From: Mobula hypostoma
Taxonomy: Eukaryota
NCBI RefSeq assembly: GCF_963921235.1
Contig: NC_086097.1
Span: forward strand, 66,280,001 to 66,344,000
DNA: 64,000 nt
Reading direction: 5' to 3'
Part shown: positions 26,352 to 40,395 of the stretch, piece by piece
Numbering within the stretch: position 1 is the first letter of the stretch
Layout of the letters: every line of letters begins with the position of its first letter
Position numbers and translations under genes: made by a program
The notes under the pieces: model-generated
What the model saw: the letters and a program-made list of their open reading frames with translations, nothing else
Database searches by the model: none
What the model was told of the DNA's origin: nothing

Positions 26352-28410
26352 ACATAAGAACATAAGAAATAGGAGCAGGAGTAGGCCATCCGGCCCATCG
26401 AGCCTGACCTGCCATTCAATAAGATCATGGCTTATCTATCCGTAACTCAGCTCTATCTACTTGCCTTTTCCCCATAACCCTTAATTCCCCTACTATGTAA
26501 AAATCTATCTAACTGTATCTTAAATATTTAGTGAAGAAGCCTCAACTGCTTTCCTGGGCAGAGAATTCCACAGATTCACCACTCTCTGGGAAAAACAGTT
26601 TATCCTCATCTCCATCCTAAATCTTCTCCCCTGAATCTTTGCTTTGTTTAAACAGTACTTTGCTGATTTTTTACAGGAGAGCTGGATTCGTATGTCTCAA
26701 TCCCACGTCATCACGTGACGTCCCCTTCTCCCCCGAATCTTGAGGCAATGTCCCCTAGTTCTAGTCTCACCTACCAATGGAAACAACTTTCCTAATTCTA
26801 TCTTATCTATCCCTTTCAAAATTTTGTATGTTTCTATAAGATCCCCTCGCATTCTTCTGAATTCCAGAGAATATAGTCCCAGGCAACTCAGTCTCTCCTT
26901 ATAAGTTAACCCCTTCATCTCTGGAATCAACCAGGCAAACCTCCTCTGCACTGCCTCCAAAGCCAGTTTATCCTTCCTCAAGTATAGAGACCAGAACTGC
27001 ACGCGTTGCTCCAGGTGCGGTCTCACCAGTACCCTGTATAGTTGCAGCATGACCTCTCTGCTCTTGAATTCAATCCCTCTAGCAATGAAGGCACTTGCAA
27101 GCCAACTTTTTGCGATTCATGCACAAGCACTTCCAAATCCCTCTGCACAACAGCATGTTGCAATCTTTCATCATTTAAATAATAATCTGCTCTTCTATTA
27201 TTCCTTCCAAAGTGGATGATCTCACATTTACCAATATTGTATTCCATCTGCCAGACCTTGTCCCACTCACTTAACCTATCTATATCCCTCTGCAGACTCT
27301 CCACATCCTCTGTACAATTTGCTTTTCCACTCAGTTAGTGTCATCAGCAAATTTTTCTATGCTACACTCAGTACCCGCTTCCAAATCATCAATGTAAATA
27401 GTAAACAGCTGCGGGCCCAGCACCGACCCCAGCGGCACCCCACTCACCACTGACTTCCAACCAGAGAAACACCCATTTATACCAACTCTGTGCCTTCTGT
27501 TGGTTAACCAATCCACTATCCATACCAATACACTTTTCCGACTCCATGCATCCGTATCTTATTTATAAGTTTCTTGTGCGGCACCTTATTGGACGCCTTC
27601 TGGAAATCCAAGTATATGACATCCATCTGTTCCCCTGTATCCACTGCACTCATTATGTCCTCAAAGAACACCAGTAAGTTTGTCAAACAGGACCTGCCCT
27701 TTCTGAATCCATGCTGTGTCTGTCTAATGGAACCACTCTTTTCTAAATGTTTTGCTATTTCTTCCTTAATGACAGCTTCAAGCATTTTCTTGACTACAGA
27801 TGTTAAGCTAACTGGCCTATAGTTGCCTGTCTCTTGCCTACATCCTTTTTTAAAAAGTGGCATGACATTTGCTGTCTTTGAATCCGCCGGGACCTGCCCA
27901 GAGTCTAGAGAATTTTGGTAAATGATTACCAAAGCGTCTACTATAACCTTCACTAATTCCCTCAGCACCCTGGGATGCATCCCATCAGCACCCGGGGACT
28001 ATCTACCTTCAGGCCCTCTAGTTTGCTCATCACTATCTCTTTAGTGACAATGATCTTATTGAGGTCGTCACCTCCCATTTCGTTCATAACATCATTCTTT
28101 GGCATATTAGACGTGTCTTCCACTGTGAAGACTGACACAAAATAGTCATTCAATGCCTCAGCCATTTCCTTAACACCCAATATCAATTTCCCCTTCTCGT
28201 CTTCCAAGGGACTTACATTGACTTTAGCCACCCTCTTCCACTTTATATATTTATAAAAACTTTTGCTGTCCGTTTTTATATTTTGTGCTAATTTACTTTC
28301 ATAATCTATCTTCCCTTTCTTTATTTCTTGCTTAGTTGTTCTTTGTTGCTTTTTAAAGTTTTCCCGATCCTCCAGTCTCTCACTACTCTTTGTGACTTTG
28401 CAACTTTGTA
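26352..28410 (-). mobile_element. Degraded CR1 LINE inserted into older + strand CR1 remnants (about 25890-26350 and 28440-28735)
   Basis: ORFs 27962-28231, 27516-27980, 27331-27528 (FADD), 27023-27304 and 26697-27050, plus an (ACATAAGA)n tail. Confidence 0.92.
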
Positions 28411-28748
28411 CACATCTTTGTACACTTGGTACACAGATAGTTTGAGTCGTCTTCGCTGGGTGGAAATGCCAAATACTAAAGGTGAGAAGGAAAGTTTAAA
28501 AGAGATGTGCAAGGCGAGTCTTTTTCTAAAACAGAGTGGTGGGTGCATAGAGTATGCTACCAGGGACTCTGATGGAAGCAGATATGATAGCAACATTTAA
28601 GAGGCATTTTAGACAGGATGTGAACAGGCAGGGAATGCAGGCATGTGAGATTATTTTAAATTGACATAAAAACACTGCAGATGCCATGGCTCAAAGTTCT
28701 GTTGTGCTGTTGTACTGTTCCATGTTCTATATTTTGTCTCATTTCTAG

Positions 28749-28894
28749 GTTACATATTCTGATATAGTTAATGCTAAAGGGAGTGCATTTGGATCATTGA
28801 ACAAGTCTGCTGGAGACCAGCAAATGCATGTTGATGAGAATGAGAATCTTCTGAAACAGACTTCAGTGCTAGCCACATGGACTCCAAAAAACAA
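28749..28894 (+). CDS. Internal coding exon (VTYSDIVNAK...WTPKN), phase 0-2
   Basis: atttctag|GTT acceptor, open frame and AA|gtaaaa donor. The frame joins the next exon as N-W-A-E-P-P-P. Confidence 0.75.
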
Positions 28895-29545
28895 GTAAAA
28901 TACTGTGTTTTAAGTTTCAGAGTCTTGCGTAGAACTATTATGAACTAAAGTAAAACTAGTTGTAGCCTGGGGAAAAGTACACACTCAGGACAACAAATAC
29001 TTTTTTGGGTTTTAATTCCTTTATCTGTTTTAGATGTTTTAGTGCCGGAAGAGGGTCTCAAAACAAAACAAACGAATTTACAACCAGTTCTTGCCATTAC
29101 AATCTCAGTTTAACTTTTGATCCACAACCTTGTGTATTGACGAATTGCGTATGCAGTATAAAAATACATAAAGCAAACCGCACAAAACTAATACAGAACT
29201 AATACGGTAGTGGCAATTCTACTTGGCCAGTAAGGAAATTTGCACAAGCCACGCTGTCCAGCGCCGATGCCTTCACTCGTGAAAATCTTTCCTCACCATG
29301 CCCAGTATCTCTGGGAGGAACTTAATCCCAAAGCCCCACCAGCTTCTTCTGCCAAAAACAAAAATGGTCTCCCCACTAACCCGCGCGTGCATAATGACAT
29401 CACCGTCTCCACTTAAAGGCACAAACAACTATTCTAGCATTACCCGAATGGATGCCTAAGTACACTTCTAACAATAATGAATAAGATTCGACTGTCACCC
29501 GATTACAGTCTATAACCTTGAAACTGAACTAACTTGTATTTGATC

Positions 29546-29695
29546 ACAAACAAAAGAAAATCTGCAAGTGCTAGAGATTCGAGCAACACACACAAAATGC
29601 TAGAGGAGCTTGGCAGGTCAGGCAGAATCTATGAAAAGACCTTTTTCTAGATGCTGCCTGACCTGCTGAGTTTTTCCAGCATTTTGTATGTGATT
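29546..29695. mobile_element. Inverted pair of Penelope pLTR fragments (imperfect hairpin)
   Basis: CACACAAAATGCTAGAGGAG...GGCAGAATCTA followed by its degenerate reverse complement TAGATGCTGCCTGACC...CAGCATTTTGTATGTG. Confidence 0.8.
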
Positions 29696-30154
29696 TTTTT
29701 AAATTGGTAAATTGGGCATAAAAGTAATTTTGCCCTTTTTTTTGGAATATTTTCATCCATTTCCTGTTGTGGTCCTGTCCTTTGGAAAATAAAGTGGGCA
29801 ACTGTCTATTTTCTGCTCCCCATTGCACTTTGTATGCCTCAAGGCAGCACAAACAAGTGTGGTTCTTTAAATAACGTCAATGTCAGAAATTTAGATCCAA
29901 AGAACTAAATAATATGAGGGGTATACTGAAAGAAGAGAACCATGCATGAATTGAAAATCCCCTTGATACATTTGTATGTTTTTTTTTGATTTTGTATGGC
30001 AGATAGCATATCTGTTAATTTTTAAAATGACGAGAGGTACTCATTTGTGAAGGCCAAGGCTTCTGAGTATTGCTAACTTAAACTCACAGGTCTTTTGATT
30101 TATGAGCTCAGTCCTACCACTGATCTTTGTAATGCAGTGTGATGTTCTTTGTAG

Positions 30155-30232
30155 TTGGGCGGAGCCTCCCCCAAAAGATCTTATTAAAAATGTTGACTCA
30201 GTAGGTCAACATGCAAATGAACCAAAGATCAG
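30155..30232 (+). CDS. Internal coding exon (WAEPPPKDLIKNVDSVGQHANEPKI), phase 2-2
   Basis: ttctttgtag|T acceptor. The AG|gtttta donor keeps frame with exon 37229, whereas the alternative donor CA|gtaggt at 30200 would not. Confidence 0.7.
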
Positions 30233-31205
30233 GTTTTAACATTTCTATTGCAAGTAAACTGTGATAATGTTTTCTTAAGGCAAGGTTATCCCAATTTCAG
30301 AATTCCTTTGCAATTACAGAATTTGTGGTAGCCATAGCACTGATAGCACCCTATGAAGATTAAAATGTGAATTTTTGAATCTTTTAACTTAATAAGTCTA
30401 AGGATGAATTAGATTCCTTGCCTTTTCACTTCTCTGTATATAAGCTTGAGAAAACCTATTTCACACTAATAATACATCTTAACTTACAAGCCTTACTTTG
30501 GATGCTTCAGTGTATAGATTTCAATTGCTGTAATTATTCATCTAGATACTATTTATGCATCACTTGGTCTGTTGGTCATGTGGTTTAAGTGAAACTTTTG
30601 TTTGCTCTTTTCCGAAAATACTTTTATAATTAACAGCACTCTACAATGGCCACATCTTATTTCCTCCCAAACTTTTAAATCTTAGCTTTTGTATCCAATA
30701 CACCCTGAAAGAATTTGATTGGAAAGCAGTCTTTATTTGGGTATTTACAGATCATAGATGGTCTGCACTCCCAAGTACGTAATTCAGAATAGACTCATGG
30801 GGAAAAGATTGCTCATGAGCTTAGAAAGTGATGTTCAAGTGACCATCAGGACATTGTTTGGAATAGGAAGAATTAGATTTAGTTACTATATTAAGTCTTG
30901 TGATTAAATCCTTTTTACAGTAAGGCTTAATTAGGTTGAGAATATGTCTACCTGACCAACATTTGAAAAGGTTGTATTCTATGTGGATATTCTTTCAAAG
31001 CATTTGATATCAGGTTGAGTCAAGCTATGCAAGGTGGTGTTACTTATGCCACTTGACTCAATGCTTTAATCACGTAATGACAATTTAGTTGGTACAATGG
31101 GGTATGTTTTCTTTCTTGGCCAATAGCAGCATATAAAGAAGTTTGACGTCATTTTTTTCAGCCTTATGCAAATAGACTTTGGGTCATGTATAGAAAATTA
31201 TAAAT

Positions 31206-31800
31206 ACAATAGATTCCGGTTAGTTGGTGCAGCCACTTATTTGGGGCAGTTCTTGAAGAACAAAGATAATCCAGAAAGTAGCCAGGATTCCTATTGTTTA
31301 TTTGGGTCACTATGCTGCTTAATTGGGACAGGAGATTGTTGTCAAACAGTTTCTAACCAGCGTGGCTGCTAGACACTACGTCGCCTTTAGAGCAAACAAT
31401 TTTATATAGTGTCATTTGTGCGTGTTTGCGTTCAAAAAGCAGTGTTTTTTGTCACCGATGGTTGGCGAGAAATAAGCAGTAAGATAATTCAGAACTGTTT
31501 TGCTCGCTGCGGTTTCAAGCATTCAGGCTAGGAGATTCCAGAAAAGACCAGGAGTGAAAAGGAAATGATTTCACTGCTTCAACAAATTAGGATCTATGAA
31601 TAATTTGAAGGTATTGAATGTTACAGTGTTACAATGACGATGAGGAATTGGAGGAAGCAGTGTACGAAGGCAGTCCATTATCTGCACTAGCAGTCTGCGC
31701 TGATTTTGCTCATGCACAATCAATCAAAAGAATATGGATGAATTTCTCTGTGGATAACTGTTAGGAACTAATATTTAGTTTTATATTATTGTAGTAATAT
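31206..31800. mobile_element. Probable degraded pogo/Tigger-like non-autonomous DNA element
   Basis: Begins TA-CAATAGATTCCGGTTA with repeated AATTGGG-like subterminal motifs. The right TIR was not found. Confidence 0.4.
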
Positions 31801-32219
31801 TGGCAGTTTGGGCAAACTAGACTTCATTCCATGGAACATAGGAGCCTGAGGGTGACTTTGTAGAAGTGTATAAGATCATTAGGGCAAAAGTAGGTGAATG
31901 CATATAGTCTTTTTCCCAGGGAAATGGAATCAAAAACTAAAGGATGTACGATGAGAGGTGAAAAATGTAAAAAGGACCTGAGGGGCAACTTCTTCATGCA
32001 GAAAGTAGAGGTATGTGGAAGGAGCTGTCAGTGAAAGTGTTTGAGACAGGTACAGTACAATAACAACATTCAAAATATATGTGGACATTTTTATAGAAAG
32101 GAAAAGTTTAGAGAGATGTAGGCTAAATGCAGACAAATGGGACTAACATAGATGAGCACCTTGGTCGGCATAGTTGAGTTGGGCCAAAGGCAGTATAACT
32201 CAATGACTATACTGAAAGT

Positions 32220-34420
32220 ACATAGAGTCATAGAACACTATAGCACAGAAACAGAACATTTGGTCCATCTGGCCCATGCCGAACTATTATTCTGTCTACT
32301 CCCATCAACCTTCACCCAGATCATAGCCCTCCATACCAATCCCATCCATGTAGTTATCTACATCTCTCTTAAATATTGAAATCTAACTCACGTCTACCAC
32401 TTCCATTGGCAGCTCATTCCACATTCCTCCATCTTCTGCATGAAGGAGTTCCTCCTTATGTTCCCCTTGAATATTTCACCTTCAACCCTTAACCCATGAC
32501 CTCATGCGACCTTAGTGGAAAAAGCCTGCATGCATTACCGTATCTAAATCCCCCCCTCATTCTCCTGTGCTCCAGGGAATAAAGACCTAACCTATTCAAC
32601 CTTTACTTATAACTCAGGTCTTCAAGTTCTTGTAAATTTTCTCTGCACTCGTTGAATCTTACTGATATCTTTCCTTCACACAATACCCCAAATTAGGCCT
32701 CACCAACGTCTCATACAACTTCGACATGACATTCCAACTCCTGTATTCAATACTTGGACTTATGAAGGCCAATGTGCTGAAAGCTCTCTTAATGAATCTA
32801 TCCATCTGTGATACCACTTTCAAGGAATTACGATCTGTATTCCCAGATTGCTCTGTTTTATTACACTCCACAGTGCCCTGCTGCTTACCATGTAAGTCCC
32901 ACCCTGATTCGTCCTCCTAAAGTACAAAACCTCACATTTGTCTGCATTAAATTCCATCTGCTATTTTCAGCCCATTTTTCCAGCTGTTCCAGATCCTGCA
33001 GCAAGCTCTAATATCTTTCCTCGCTGTCCACTGTGCCCCCAATCTTGGTGTCATCTGTACATTGCTGATCCAGTATGCCACATTATCATCCAGATTGTTG
33101 ATATAAATGACAAATAATAATGGACCCAGTACCAATCGCTGTGGTATACCACAGTCCTTCAGTCACAGTTCAAACTATCCTCTACCACTCTCTGACTTCT
33201 TCTGCAAAACCCCAATATCTAATCCAATTTACTACCTCATCCTGAATACCAAGAGACTGAACCTTCTTGACCAACCTCTCATGTGGGACCTTGTTAAAGG
33301 CTTTGCTAAAGTCCATGTAGACAATATTCACTGCCTTTCCTTGATCAACTTTCCTGGTAACTTTCTCAAAAAACTGTATGGGATTGATTAGATATGACCT
33401 ACCATGCACAAAGCTGTGTTGACTATCCCTGATCAATCCTTGTCTATACCCAAATGCTTATATATCCAGTCCTTTAGAATACCTTCCAATAACTTACTCA
33501 TTACTGATGTCAGGCCCACTGGTCTATAATTTCCCGGCTTTTTCTTAGAGCCTTTCTTAAACAATGGAATGACATTAGTTATCCTCCAATCATCTGGCTA
33601 AGGACATTTTAAATACATCTGCTGGGCCCCTACAATTTATGCACTAGCCTCCCACAAGGTGCAAGGGAGCACCTTGTCAGGCCCTGGGGGTTTATCCACC
33701 CTAATTTGCCTCAAAACCAGCACCTCCACCTCTGTAATCTGTATATGGTCCATGACCTCACTGCTCTTTTGCCTCACTTCTATAAACTGTCTCTATCTCC
33801 TAAGTAAATACAGATGCGAACAACCCATTTAAGATCTCCCCCATCTCCTTCAGCTCCATGAATAGATGACAACTCTGATCTTCAAGGGGGCTAATTTTGT
33901 CCCTTGCTATCCTTTTGCCTTTAATATATCTGTAGAAACCCTTGGGATTCTCCTTCACCTTGTCTGCTAGCACAACCTCATGCCTTCTTTAGCCCTCCTG
34001 ATTTCCTCCTCCTTAAGTGTTCTTGTACATTTCTTATACTTCTCAAATACCTCCTTTGTTCCTTACTGCCTATACCTGCTATGTACTTCTTCTTCTTAAC
34101 CAGGGCCTCAATATCTCTCAAAAACCAAGGTTTCTTAAACCTGTTATCCATGTCTTCTATTCTGACAGGAACATACGAACTCTGTACTCTCGACATTTCA
34201 CTTTTGAAGACCTTCCACTTACCAAGTACACCATTGTCAGAAAACAACTTGTCTTAATCCACACTTGCCAGATTCTTTCTGATACATCAAAATTAGCCTT
34301 TTTCAAAATTTAGAATCCCAACCCAAGGAGCAGTCCTATCCTTCTCCATAATTATATTGAAGCTAATGGAATTATCATCTGTAGATTCAAAGTGTTCCCT
34401 TATACACACTTATGTCACTG
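32220..34420 (-). mobile_element. Degraded CR1 LINE
   Basis: ORF fragments 33978-34247, 33182-33436 (YMDFSKAFNKVPH), 32947-33135 and 32659-32871, plus a (CATAGA..) tail near 32221. Confidence 0.88.
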
Positions 34421-35714
34421 TGACCTCTGATACAAAATCTCTGTTAGGAAACAGGTATCTCCTTCCTTCCTTCCCATAATATCTTGAAATTGATCACAGC
34501 TGGCCTTGGGATTTTATCAATGCTTTGGTATTCCATACTGTCTGTAAACAACTCCCCTCCCCCAATACTAAAATGTTCCAGACTGTCAATACAACCTTCC
34601 CCGAAGTGAGTATATTCCATGTTCTTCTCCGTGCTGAATACACATGATGTACTTATTTAGAACCTCACTCATATTCTTTGGCTCCACATGCAGCAAAACT
34701 GATACTGTAGTTAATAGTGAGGAAGGAAGTTTTAGGTTACAATAAGGTATCAATGGACTGGTTAGATGAGGGAGGATGCAGAGTGGTAAATGGAATTCTC
34801 TCCAAAGAAGTGTAAGGCAATGCACTTCAGGTTGTTTAACAATAGGAGAAAGTTAAAAGTAAATTGTAGGATGTGGAGTAGTGTAGAGTGATAGAAGGAT
34901 AATGAAATACATATTTCATAAATCTCTTAAGGTAGCAAAACTCTGAGCCCCACTCTGAGCATACTGTGGCTGCATTGTTTACCATGTGTAATGCACTGTA
35001 GCAACACACCGAGTTCATAATGACATTCCCAAATCTGCAACCTTTGTGATCAACAAATACGCCATTAGTAAGCTCTACTCAAAAGTTCACAACATCCTGA
35101 CATTAAAATACATCACTATTCCTTCATCATTGGCTCAAAATCCTAAAACATCAATGCTTACAGCTATAAACCTTTGCTACCTAGATTTCAGAGTTCAAAA
35201 AGAGGGCTCACATCTACATTGTCAAGGGCAATTAGTTCCAGATAATTGATGCTGGTTTTGCCTTCTCTTCAATCTATAAATGAATTAAACAAGAACTGTG
35301 CATGAACTCTGTTGGCATTTGAGCCAGCTCTTTTTAGTAATCTAGGAATTCTGAGTTTTCTTTGCCTCAAAAACTGACACCCATTTGTCAGAATTAACCA
35401 AAGGAAACCAGGAGATGAATGTTCAGTGAACAAACCATTAGCCTCAGTAGCAGTTCAATTTCTAACCTTTTATTTCCTAACCAAGATTTGGATCAATGAA
35501 ATGAAAAATTCATTCTTAAACTCTAAAATTCTCTCCCTCAGTTTATGATGGGATAAGAGATTAACATCCTGTGAACAACTAATTTAAAAAATCATGGTGG
35601 TTAACAGTTTAAATTAATTACCAATAGCTTAATGTGTGTTTGCATAAATTTACTGTTTTTCAACTGTTTCCAAATATCTCTCGCACATGGAAATGGTGAA
35701 AAAGTTCTTTTTGA

Positions 35715-36250
35715 TAGTGCCTGTTATGGAAGCACCAATGCCCTTGAATGGAAAAACCTTCAAAATGTAGTACAGTAGATTGAGCTTCGTCCATCATGGA
35801 TAAAGCCCTCCCCATCACTGTGCACATCTACATGGAGCGATGTTGCAGGAAAGCAGTACCCATTGTCAGAGACCCCCACTATTCAGGCCATGCTCTCCTC
35901 TCATTGCTGCCATCAGGAAGGAGGTACAGAAGCCTCAAGACCCACACTACTATGGTTCAGGAACAGTTATTGCTCCTCAACTATCAGCCTCATGAACCAG
36001 AGGGGATAACAACACTCAACTTTCCACAGTCCAACACTGAACGTTTCTTCAACAGATAGACTCACTTTCAAGGACTCGTCGTCTCATGTTCTCAATAGAC
36101 AGTACATTGGTTATTTATTTATTACTTTGCTTGTGTTTTTTTGTTTCTTTATATTTGCTGTAAATGCCACAAGCAAATTAACCTCAGGGTTGTATATGGT
36201 GACATATATATACTTTGATGATAAATTTAATTTGAACTTTGAACTTTATT
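35715..36250 (+). mobile_element. Rex1/Babar 3' fragment
   Basis: RDPHYSGHALLSLLPSGRRYRSL motif and a (TTTGAAC)n tail. Confidence 0.8.
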
Positions 36251-37228
36251 GTAGCAGCTGTCAGGTGGTCGTCCAGGCAATCTTTGGGTGAACCTGAAGC
36301 TGGTCATGGCTCATGGTCAGCTTGGCTTTGCAAAACTATCCCAGTGATAATGCTCTAAAGTTGTCAAGATCATGGATGCAAAAGGGTGGTATGAGCTTAG
36401 GGCCAGCACCACTCTGTAAGGTGAAGGCTGTGTTCAGTACAATTTTTTTTTAACTCTGTAGTGTGTCTGCTTTTAAGAGGAACTTAACAAATAAGGAAAT
36501 AAAATATGTTCTAGTGCAATGTACATATATTGTAGATATTGTTGTATCTCTCATTCACTTCCACAGTATTCCCATTAGTCTGGTTCATGGAAACCATGAT
36601 TCTTGATTGATTATAAAAGAATTTAATTCACTGTAAAGAGAAACCAAAAAGCCCAAAGGAAACTGCCATTTTGGGCTAGCTATATACGTGGCAAGGTGGT
36701 CTGAATGTTGCAATTGTAGGTACTATAAGTAGTGTACAGGTCCACATGCTAAGAAGCATTCTAGCACTGCATGCAGGAGAGTGTTGAGCTGTTTCTTAAG
36801 AACAATGTCTTATGAAGCTCCTGCAAGCTTTTCTGGATGCTAACAGTCTCCTGGCATCTTGGTACAGTAAATATACCTTTACTTCATCCTCAGGTGTGAA
36901 GAGAACACAGTTAACTGGGGGTACATACCCTGACTCAGAGGCTTCTCTTTCTGCCACTTTCTCTCTGCATCTGCATGATTTCACAATGTTTACACTAGTT
37001 TGCCAAGCTGCATTAATGTAAATATCATGGGCGAATCCTGCAGCACGGAATCAACACAACTCTTCAGGAACAAGTGTTATTTTTGCAAATATTTATGCAC
37101 AAGATTTTTTTAGAAGTTAAAAGCTGCTAACAAATGTTCTTTTGACTTTAAGTATAATTTATGATATTGGTGTATTTGTGTTGTAAAATGCAAGCATAAT
37201 TTTTTTATTCATGTGGATTTTTCCCTAG

Positions 37229-37438
37229 AGATCAAGGATATCAGACAATCCATCATCTTTGTGTTGCTGAACCTAGTCACCTATTGCCCACTGATTTGCA
37301 ACATGCTTCAAGGCTTTATTTTACTCCAAGCAGACTAGGACATGGCAGTAGTAAACTTCCAGAGTTCGTGCAGCAAGTGGAATCAGATATTTGTTCAGAT
37401 GATGACTTTTCTTCCCTGGAGCAACAGAAAATAACAAG
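37229..37438 (+). CDS. Internal coding exon (DQGYQTIHHLCVAEPSHLLPTDLQHASRLYFTPSRLGH...QQKIT), phase 2-2
   Basis: ttttccctag|A acceptor, 210 nt open frame and AG|gtaacc donor. Confidence 0.85.
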
Positions 37439-38037
37439 GTAACCACAATTGTTATATTTGGTTTTAAATACAACAGTCTTGAAAATTCACTCTGGATACT
37501 CTTTGGCTTAAGCATAGAGATAATGTAATTAGAAACTGCAGGATCAGCTTCTGAATATTACATTTTTCAGGGTTCAGATCAAAGTTATCCACTGACAAGC
37601 ATGACCAGATTCCCATTTTAGAATTCCGATATATCAAAGAAACTGTAAAGTTGGGAGAGAAGAATGTCAGGGTACTTACATTCCTTTATTCTCTTTGTAC
37701 TTATTCTGGTAGCTTTTGTTTTTTTTAAAAAAAAGGCACAATCTGAATCTTGAGCCCTTAACATTGCCTATGAAACTCATTATCAAGAGTGGAATCTGAT
37801 CTGACTACATATTGAGTCTCACTGAAGGGGATAAGAACTTCCAGTAGACTTCTTGCTGAGCTTAGTCCTACGCCAGTAACCATGCTTGGTGGATGCTCTT
37901 GTGCAAATTTCACAGACACTGTTGAATCCCTAGCATGTGACTAGATTTAGTCACATCTGGGTCCAGGCCTTTTTCTGGACCAATCTGACAAACTACTGCT
38001 TCATTAAATTTTGGCATCTCCCTAGAGCAAGGGGTTT

Positions 38038-40395
38038 AGATGTAGATAAGCCTACAAGAGGAGAAGCTGTACTTGATTTGGTATTGGGAAGTGAACCTGG
38101 TCAGATGTCAGGTCTCTCAGTGGGAGAGAATTTTGGAGATATTGATCACAATTCTATCTCCTTTACAATAGCATTGGAGAGAGATAGGAACAGACAAGTT
38201 AGAAAAGCATTTAATTGGAGTAAGGGGAATTATGAAGCTATCAGGCAGGAAATTGGAGGCTTAAATTGGAAACAGATGTTCTCAGGGAAAAGTACGGAAC
38301 AAATGTAGCAAATATTCAGGGGATATTTGTGTGGAGTTCTGCATAGGCACGTTCCAATGAGACAGGGAAGCTATGGTAGAGTACAAGAACCGTGGTGTAC
38401 AGAGGCTGTAATAAATCTAGTCAAGAAGAAAAGAAAAGCTTACAAAAGGTTCAGAGAGCTAGATAATGTTAGAGATCTAGAAGATTATAAGGCTAATAAG
38501 AAGGAGTTTAAGAAGGAAATTAGGAGAGCCAGAAGGGGCCATGAGAAGGCCTTGATGGGCAGGATTAAGGAAAACCCCAAGGCATTCTACAAGTATGTGA
38601 AGAGCAAGAGGATAAGACATGAAAGAATAGGACCTATCAAGTGTGACAGTGGGAAAGTGTGTATGGAACCAGACGAAATAGCAGAGGTACTTAATGAATA
38701 CTTTACTTTAGTATTCACTATGGAAAAGGATCTTGGTGATTGTAGTGATGACTTGCAGCAGACTGAAAAACTTGAGCATGTAGATATTACGAAAGAGGAT
38801 GTGCTGGAGCTTTTGGAAAGCATCAAGTTGGATAAGTCGCCGGGACTGGATGAGATGTACCCCAGGCTACTGTGGGAGGCGAGGGAGGAGATTGTTGAGC
38901 CTCTGGCAATGATCTTTGTATCATCAATGGGGACGAGAGAGGTTCTGGAGGATTGGAGGGTTGCAGATATTGTTCCTTTATTCAAGAAAGGGAGTAGAGA
39001 TAACCCAGGAAGTTATAGACCAGTGTGTCTTACTTCAGTGGTTGGTATGTTGATGGAGAAGATACTGAGAGGCAGGATTCATGAACATTTGGAGAGGTAT
39101 AATATGGTTAGGAGTAGTCAGCATGGCTTTGTCAAGGGTAGGTCATGCCTTACGAGCTTGATTGAATTTTTTGAGGATATGACTAAACACATTGATGAAG
39201 GAAGAACGGTAGATGTAGTATATATGGATTTCAGCAAAGCATTTGATAAGGTACCCTATGCAAGGCTTATTGAGAAAGTAAGGAGGCATGGGATCCAAGG
39301 GGACATTGCTTTGTGGATCCAGAACTGGCTTGCCCACAGAAGGCAAAGAGTGGTTGCAGACAGGTCATATTCTGCATTGGGGGTTGGTCACCAGTGGAGT
39401 GCCTCAGGGATCTGTTCTGGGACCCTTACTCTTCGTGATTTTTATAAATGACCTGGATGAGGAAGTGGAGGGATGGGTTAGTAATTTTGCTGATGACCCA
39501 AAGGTTGGGGGTGTTGTGGATAGTGTGGAGGACTGTCAGAGGTTACAGCGGGACATTGATAGAATACAAAACTGGGCTGAGAAGTGGCAGATGGAGTTCA
39601 ACCCAGATAAGTGTGAAGTGGTTCATTTTGGTAGGTCAAATATGATGGCAGAATGTAGTATTAATGGTAAGACTCTTGGCAGTGTGGAGGATCAGAGGGA
39701 TCTTGGGGTCTGAGTCCATGGGACACTCAAAGCAGCTGCACAGGTTGACTCTGTGGTTAAGAAGGCGCATGGTATATTGGCTTTCATCAATCGTGGAATT
39801 GAATTTAGGAGCCGAGAGGTAATGTTGCAGCTATATAGGACCCTAGTCAGACCACACTTGGAGTACCGTGCTCATTTCTGCTCACCTCACTACAGGAAAG
39901 ACGTGGAAGCCATAGAAAGGGTGCAGAGGAGATTTACAAGGATGTTGCCTGTATTGGGGAGCATGCCTTATGAGAATAGGTTGAATGAACTCGGCCTTTT
40001 CTCCTTGGAGCGACGGAAGATGAGAGGTGACCTGATAGAGGTGTATAAGATGATGGGAGGCATTGATTGTGTGGATAGTCAGAGGCTTTTTTCCCAGGGC
40101 TGAAATGGTTGCCACAAGAGGACACAGGTTTAACGTGCTTGAAAGTAGGTGCAGAGGAGATGTCAGGGGTAAGTTTTTTACTCCGAGAATGGTCAGTGCA
40201 TAGATTGGGCTGCCGATAACGGTGATGGAGGCGGATACGATAGGGTCTTTTAAGAAACTTTTAGATAGGTACATGGAGCTTAGGAAAATAGAGGGCTAGA
40301 GGTAAGCCTAGTAATGTCTAAGGTAGGGACATGTTCAGCACAACTCTGTGGGCCAAAGGGCCTGTATTGTGCTGTAGATTTTCTATGTTTCTATT
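38038..40395 (+). mobile_element. 5'-truncated CR1 LINE
   Basis: ORFs 38327-39451, 39288-39713 (PQGSVLGP, FADD) and 39753-40103, plus a TTCTATGTTTCTA tail. Confidence 0.94.

Noticed and set aside
37571..37671. Extra host exon (SKLSTDKHDQIPILEFRYIKETVKLGEKNVR)
   Set aside because: The first acceptor gives a stop in the required phase. The second acceptor ends in phase 0, incompatible with exon 62292 unless another exon that I could not find exists.
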